Below, piece after piece: positions 54,341-64,000 of a stretch of 64,000 nucleotides of DNA (positions within the stretch are counted from its first letter, which is position 1; the number at the start of each line of letters is the position of its first letter). The notes below the pieces were generated by a model. That model did no database searches. It saw only the letters and a list, made by a program, of their open reading frames with translations, and had not been told where the DNA came from. The position numbers and the translations under genes are program-made. The stretch lies in assembly GCF_002105155.1 (NCBI RefSeq), contig NW_019029005.1:124001-188000 (forward strand). Reading direction: 5' to 3'. The DNA comes from Lobosporangium transversale. Lineage: Eukaryota.

Positions 54341-56783
54341 ACTAGAATTCTGCTCTACATGGATGATGGGAGAACGAACATAAAAGGATCAAAAAGCAAC
54401 GTCTCTATGAACGCTTGGCTGCCACAAGCCAGTTATTATTAACCCTTTGGGAAATTTTCTCCTCCCTTTTTCCCAATAAGGTTTTAATAAACGGGAAATA
54501 TAAAAGGCGAGATTGCAAAAGAAAAGAAAAAAAACAGACAGCAAAAAATTTCTCCCTTCTATCCCTTTTATCCAAACATAAGTTGAGTATTAACATCAGT
54601 ATAGAAGATATAGGTTTCCGAGTGTAAAATATAAAAATATAGAAATAAAAGAAATAAATATCGATTTTTTATTCAACGGGTTTTTCATGAATGTCTTGCC
54701 AATGTTCTTTTAGAACGCCGTAGTCGTTTTTTACTCTCGGCAGTATTGTCATTCTCACTGTCATGATCGAGTCGATTCATTTCTGTTGATTCGAAAAGCT
54801 TTGCCAAAGATTCAAAATTGTCAAACAACTTATGAATGTTCTCAAGCTTTGTCAATGTCACGAGCCCATGCTATGAACCTTTTTTTGACATTTGCTCTTG
54901 CCATTATGAAGCTTTCGAGTCGGCAAACGCTGGTGCAGGAGAGTGCAGATACATCAATGAGGGCAGAAAGTGGTTTTCCATCAAGTAGACAAAAAGAGTG
55001 AACGCCTTATTTTTGGGGTCTGCGTTTTTGTCGGAGGATTTTTTCCAACATATTTCAAGATATCCATAGAGTATGAGGAAATAAAGGATGAGAATTGAAA
55101 GTTTTTGTTTCGTTTTATTTGAAAAGGGGTTTATTTAAAATAATAACAAAGAACTACTGTTCTTGTTCGCTATTTATCATGACATGGCGATTGAACTTCT
55201 TCTCTATTTAATCTAAAAAAAAAAAAAAAAAAAAAAGAAGAATCTATTAACTCATTAAAACAACAAATAAAGGATGTCATACCTCTTTTCAAGAGCGTCT
55301 ATCCTTTCACAAAGCATTTAATTACTGCCTCATGTTTTTCAACAATATCCTGTAATGAATGGCCATCTGAACATGTATCGGCATTCGAGGCTGGAGGGAC
55401 CGGCGGAGCATTATTTTCGGCAACTTTTACAGGTCGTCACAGATGTACGGATGAAAAAAAGAAAAAAAAAAATACAGGGTGAGAAAGGCCATGTCTGACA
55501 TGGGATCACGATGAATGAGGAAAGGTTCAGTTTGTATTTTCTAACTCGATCTCAACCAGGATGGATAAGTGATAACGATTTAAATGATCATGATATTCAC
55601 GAAGTAATTTTTCTTCACCTTTTTTCTTTTTTCCACGAGTCCTTTGGCACAAAAGAAAAAAATGTATTTGTTGGATTCACTCATTGTGGAAAGATAAAAA
55701 GAAATATGAAAGAATGGTCAAGAGGAAAGAGACAAAGAACAAAACCAACACGCAGCGAGGGAGATGAGACACAAGAGAATGGAAGAAAACACAAGAAAAA
55801 GGAAGAGACACAAACCAAAAAAATAAATCTGAGCATGCAGGGGAAGAGACACGGGCCATTTTTTGGCAGACGTCGATTACGCCTTATCAGCGGCCCAATC
55901 GATGTGTCAATAAGTGGGCCAAATACCTTAAAGTTGAAGCCAAAGATAAAAATATTTGGTGTACGTGTTTCTACTTTCAAATGTGGAAGGCTGTACATGG
56001 CTAACGTCACTTTTCTGAGCCCATGTAGCCCAGTTGCTGTAATGAAGCCCGGATGGCGCATTTAAAGTGAGTTTAATGATCTGATATCTTTTTCAGAACA
56101 AATTAATGCAGCCAAGTTTCGCGGTAAATGCCTTGCGCTTCAGTATCATGATTCGATTCGTATTTTCAGTTGTCATGAAGAAAGTTTCAGTCTTCTCTTT
56201 ATACTACCCTTTGTGTCCATAGCACTCTCAAGCTCATTTCTCGTATCAAAAAGTTCGAGCTCGTATTGTGTGAACCTGGTAATCAATGCCAATTTATGTC
56301 GTTTCAGGCTACCAGGCCCGCTTATTCATAAAAAGGCAGCAACTATTTATTATTATTCTACATAGTTCTTCAGATTGGGTGGATGCTACTACGTTGAATG
56401 GTGTTTACGTTATAGAAGATATTATGTCCTTACGACAAATTTGGTAGAACATGCTCCGCATGCATCGACATTTGTTGCTGAATAGATATCATTTGCCCAA
56501 AAATAGGTCCCGCAATAAGGCTCGTGACGTGACAGCCAGGTTACCCAACTCGACCCGAAGCCTTTCTGACTAATATACAAATATAGATTAAGGTATAGAT
56601 ACATAATGTAAACTGTTTATCATTAATGAAGAGAGAGTGTTTTAATACAATCAATGCGAAATATACAAAGCAACAGCTATTTAAACAGATCTGCAAAATT
56701 ACAAGCCGATATCAAAAAATATGAGGGGGCGTTTTGGATGTTCCTTACAATGTTGGATAAAAAAAAAAAAAATAGAATTGCTG

Positions 56784-58015
56784 TTAGACAGTCAATAGCT
56801 CATTGTCAATTCTTTGAGTATTGCCACTCCTGTCCTTCCAGCGAGCACTCATCCGCACTGTATTAAAATCTCTATCGTGCCAGAAATGCACCAAATTCAC
56901 CCCTTGCTCCAGTTCCGCGTCGGTTTGCCAGTGTGGGTGCTCAAAATAGTCGTCCTCACGGGTAAAATGAACAACCCAAGCTTCTTCTGCTGAGAGTAAG
57001 CGTCTGTAAGTTGGCGTCTTGCTGATATGGTCTTTAATAGAAGTTTGACTCCCTGTAGCCAAAAGCTCGATAACAACCGTCGGCTCTCCGGCTCTCCTGC
57101 TTTCTTGATGACAATATCACTATATTTGTGGTCCTCAAGCTCACGGAGGTGCCACTGACCAATGATCTCATATTCTTCTGCTTTGTTTAGCCAGTTGGTG
57201 AGAACCCTCATCAATTCCGTGTCATAGACGCTCTCTCGAGGGACACTGACATTGCAGTTGCCCATAACCTTAACTGTTTCCCCCGATCCTTTGTATGATC
57301 GACTTCCCGCCTGCATAATCAAGTTTTTATCGAAAAATCGAAGAGCAATCTTCATAGTCTCCAGAATATCCAATAATTCTCCTTGGCTTTCCTTTGGGGG
57401 TGACTCCGAAGGAGCGTGGGGATATTTTGATGGGATAATATATCTCCTCACAAACGAGTCAATGAATGCTGAGGCCATACAGTAGTTACTGCCACCAAGA
57501 CTTATCAGCACCCCTTCTGCAGTTAGGAAATCTGCTAATTTCCGTTGCTCCATGTCTGAGATAGATTTATCGCCGAGATATCCAATAAAACGTGTTCGGA
57601 GAAGATTAACAGCATCTGTAGCTGATTCAGTCAATAATGAATCGGTCATCCTTCTGAAAGTATGGTACGAAAGCATCCTCTCATTCTGATTGTCTGTGGA
57701 GAAGTCCTGCCATGTATCGTAATCGAGACAATTCGTCGAGTCGTTGACTTTCGAGCGAAGATTCTCATGAATGGAGCGTCCACAAAGACAAATCATTCCT
57801 GGATGACTATTGACATTGAGCACAATTCATTGTATTAGAATGGCACATCAACTCGTGGAGATGAGCATTGCTAACTCGTGATTTGTAATAGCATTCAAAA
57901 TTCTCCTGTTCACGTCATGCTTCGCAGTGTCAACATAATAGACTGATTTTATATCAATGAATCGGATCGCTCCATTAACAGTCCATCTCTTCTTTTTCAA
58001 AACTGGCGATACTAG

Positions 58016-58049
<34 letters not shown>

Positions 58050-58598
58050 AGCAGGACCTGTCAGAAGAGAAAAATAAAGAATCGGTTTCCAATCCTTAAG
58101 GGAGAATTAGCTTACATAGGCCATATAGGTCATCGGCCCTCCTTTTTGTCTCCGAGTCTGTTGGTAAAGCAAGCAATGATAGAAATTGGCAAGAAAAAAA
58201 GAAAAAGAAAAAGCATCAGAGGTAGCCATCAAGCACATGTGCGGTGATTAACCTTTTGAAAAAAGTAGAGAACAATTAAACAAATGAGTCTTACTCGAAG
58301 TGGAAGTAGACGGATCTATACCAAAACCAAAAATAAAAAAAGATGGATCATTAGACATAATCAATGATTACAACAAGCGTCACCACATGGCAAGTAATTA
58401 AATGCTTGCATGCCGCAGTAACAGGCACAATTAGAATTTAACGGCTTCTTACCTGCCGATGGCCGCTAAACAATGACGTGTATGGTTTTCTTGGGTGGAG
58501 TTGGTCCAAAGACGTCAGAGATCTCGCTTGTTGAGTCTTCAAGTTCCTCCAGCTTCTTCTTTGACTCCTCTTCGGCAGTCAGATTGTTAAGCGCGATT
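56784..58598 (-). pseudogene. Crinkler (CRN)-family relic: end of CRN N-terminal domain, deleted NTPase, near-intact REase-like C-terminus
   Basis: ISDVFGPTPPKKTIHVIV*RPSA (HVLVxxP-type motif, TAG at 58468-58466) then GTAAGA; small exons; WTVNGAI..YYVD..HELAMLIST*; then SHPGMICLCGR..VPRESVYDTELMRVLTNWL..GQWHL..KYSDIVI..VVIELLATG..WVVHFT..VHFWHD. Confidence 0.8.
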
Positions 58599-58796
58599 TG
58601 TCAATTTTACACACATCCGATACATCCAGATAACACTCATCCATCCATCTGAGCTGCTTTTTCACCTTATCTTTCAAGTTGTGTTCATTTTATCTGAGGA
58701 TTTTGTCTTTTATTGACGAGAGTACTTTTTTGACCGCAATCCTCCTTTTTACTCATGCTAACACGCGCGTTCGCACTGTTATTAATCATTTTCTAG

Positions 58797-58835
<39 letters not shown>

Positions 58836-58898
58836 ATTTTATATTAAGGCAAGTTTCATCTTTTATTGTATGACTCAAATTAGCTTGTAGACAAATTG

Positions 58899-59064
58899 CA
58901 GTCGCGGCTCTATGAGCTGCACACGGATTTAGTTCGCGGTCCGTCAGCCAGGTCGACTGTGTCTATTTTAGTTTAAATTTGGTCATTTATTTTGTTGTAA
59001 ATACAGTCGCGGCTCTATGAGCTGCACACAGATTTAGCTCGCGGTCTGTCAGCCAGGCTGACTG
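58899..59064. repeat. Two 61-bp direct repeats (58899-58959, 59004-59064), each bounded by CAGTC..GACTG
   Basis: 56/61 identical; 44-bp AT-rich spacer; copy 2 flanked by TA on both sides. Confidence 0.9.
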
Positions 59065-59148
59065 TAACAACGTTATCCTTAAGAAGCTTGTTTCTTTCTA
59101 AATTGAATTGTACTGACGAAAAGTTCATTCCATTCTTGTAATTTCGAT

Positions 59149-61591
<2,443 letters not shown>

Positions 61592-61814
61592 TATGATTTC
61601 AGCATCCTGGCCCACCATTTTTTTTTTTTTTTTTTCACTCAGTGTGTATGCATGGAAACATGTGTCAAAAGCGTGTTTCGCCCAGGCTCGTTTTTCAAAG
61701 CAACATTGTGTCAATTTCTGTAGCACGCATGGGTTTCGACTGGTCACATCATGGAGAGGATAAAATTTTGAAAAAAAAAAAAAAAAAAAAATGGTGGGCC
61801 AGGATGCTGAAATC

Positions 61815-63617
61815 ATATTATGACTGCAACAAGTTACGCCAAGAGACTTTTGGCTCCAGCATAGCATTCGAGAGGTTAATACGACCTTCTTTCTTCTTAC
61901 GACTTGTAAACCGCTTTTCTGCCAACTCGTATTCTGCCATTAGATGCATGGTTGATGTCTATATCCAGAGAAGTTCATGCCATTAATAAAGTCGCTTCCT
62001 CATCAGATACAACAACTAAGTGAAAACATACCCGGAATAATAACAGATCATGAATGGCAAATATAGAGTTTGATAAGGAGCTAATTTTAGCATGTAGCCT
62101 GTTTGACTCCATCTTCACAAGAATCGTAACATTGTCCCCTGCTGCACCCCAGCAAAGGCTTAACCATTGGATGCACGGACCTAATGAAATAAGCAATTTG
62201 TTAATGCCTGTAATAAAAACTGTTAAAACGTGCTACAGTGCTAGCATTATTACCTCCAATTATTAGACCTGATACAATGGCTTTTCTCAGCTCGTTTGCT
62301 CCACCCACCTCCATGGACCGACCAATGAGTATATCGTGAAGCTGTCTTGGAAGTTTAAACTTGCTCTCTGAAATATACTTGTTGTTTTGGGGGCACCAAG
62401 CCTTTGCTGCTTCTGCTACAGCCCAATCAGTTTCAGGTAGTCTCACATCCCTCCATATAAGGTCAGAACGAGTACCAAACTTTTTGTGTGTAGAAGTGGA
62501 TTCCCGATCTTTATTTCTTCTCACGGAAGAATCAATGATAGTCTTTTCTCCTGGAATCACAAAACATCCAGGTATATCCTTAGCTAAACTGGTGCATACG
62601 CCCCATGCAGATTTCATCCACCAATGCTCTGACAACTTATCATGCAAAGTGAACGGTGAAGGGTTGTTCATTTCGTATATGCTTAGCCTGTAAAATTAAA
62701 AAAAAAAAAAAATGGAGGTTCAATAGCAACATCCAAAAAATAAATCAAAAACAGGGTATTGCGACTTACCAGTTATAGAGACATTCGTGAATTAAACGAC
62801 ATTCGACATGCTGGGGGCGCTTTTCCAACAGTCTTTCAAGATCCTTGGCTGTAGAAACGGAATCAAATATTTTAGAATATTCCAACGCTTCTTTAGAAAG
62901 AAGGAGTATATGGGATGCTGTTGACGATTTCATTCCATTCCTCCTTGGAAAAAAGTGATCGGGTTTTGTTGTCGCTTAAATCGATCATGAAAGACTGGAT
63001 TGGACTGTTAAGAGTTAGTCGATTGAATAATTACGACAAGAAAAAAAAATGCTTGCTAAAGAAAGATGAGGGGTCAAACCTATAACCAAAATTACTTACT
63101 GGAGGTCATTCATCTCCATCCCCGCCCTGTAAAGAACGTTTTCAACAATCTTTCCCGATTTGAGCTGCCACTTATTCTTCAGATCAGAATAGCGTTCTCC
63201 AAATGAAATTCTCCTATTATCATCGAACTGTCCAAATTTGATTAATATCATCAAAATTAATTGTCTTGGGTCACTTCAATGCTATTGACATCTTACATTG
63301 TTGGGATTTTTTGTTTCTTTCCAGGCGGAGGATGTATGAACTCAGAGTCTTGCACATTACTTTTTCTAGTTTCATATCCAAGACTATCTTCAAAGACTTC
63401 ATCATTACTGTCACAGGAAAGATCATCAACTTCGAACTTCTGTGTTGTTTCATTGTCGAAAATTGTTGTACTCTCTTCGTTTTCCTGGTCCTCTTCATTC
63501 TCAATCTCCTCTATTGTCCGTTTCCGATGAACACCTAGCATCAGATATTTGAAATTAAATTAATGGCAACCCACAACATATTAACAATAATTCAACAACA
63601 GCAGCAATAATAATAAC

Positions 63618-63701
<84 letters not shown>

Positions 63702-64000
63702 TAATAATAATAATAATTGGTTCTAGTTTGTCCTCATCATTTATACAAACCTTTGTTTGATCCTGTTTAGTTGACGTTAATGTTTCTATTATTGGAGGCA
63801 CATGAGTTTTAATGAACAAATATTTAATGAAGACAGCATTTGTCTTTTTTTGAAAAAAAAAAAAAAACTTACCACTGAAGCTTTCAAAGTCATGAATGGC
63901 TTGCTAGAGCCCTGCAGCTCTTGTTAGAACACCTGCTTTTCTTGACGTAACGATGGTGTCAACTCTGGATTCAACTTCACTCCAAAGTAGTTCAAGAGAA
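61815..64000 (-). pseudogene. Inverted copy of the REase-fold gene (5' end beyond window)
   Basis: ORF 62201-62671 repeats the catalytic-like region and keeps PQNNKYISESKF; same in-frame TAG at 63906-63904. Confidence 0.65.

Noticed and set aside
55511..56065. 184-aa ORF and overlapping antisense ORFs
   Set aside because: Low-complexity purine-rich sequence with no recognisable motif.
58899..59064. CRISPR array or hammerhead ribozyme reading of the 61-bp repeats
   Set aside because: Only two repeats, too long, eukaryotic context with no cas genes; no CUGANGA/GAAA core on either strand.

Overview
Eukaryotic, intron-rich fungal DNA, most likely an early-diverging fungus of the Mortierellaceae/Mucoromycota type (inferred from gene content, Crinkler style and intron style; not proven). 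The assembly is indel-rich: even ATP2 and RPL18 carry single-base frameshifts, so single-base frameshifts are not evidence of pseudogenes here. About 1-44.5 kb is a compact housekeeping block: RPL18, BFR1-like, ATP2, a large F-box/ankyrin-like gene, an SDR, a GPI-anchored protein, TFG1, a USP protein, an orphan, MAM3/CNNM, MED6, a FIST-like protein, phospholipase D and HAP5/NF-YC. About 44.5-64 kb has no recognisable housekeeping genes. It holds a 7-mer satellite inside a possible spliced minus-strand unit, a poly(A)-tailed retro-insertion with a 14-bp TSD, a second copy of a hAT-like MITE (first copy at 22.3 kb), several restriction-endonuclease-fold (PD-(D/E)XK-like) gene relics including a decayed Crinkler, two 61-bp mini-elements, and a >=4.6-kb palindrome of two tail-to-tail copies of an REase-like gene that runs off the window end. 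No rRNA, tRNA or CRISPR array was found. Gene coordinates are outer spans including introns.
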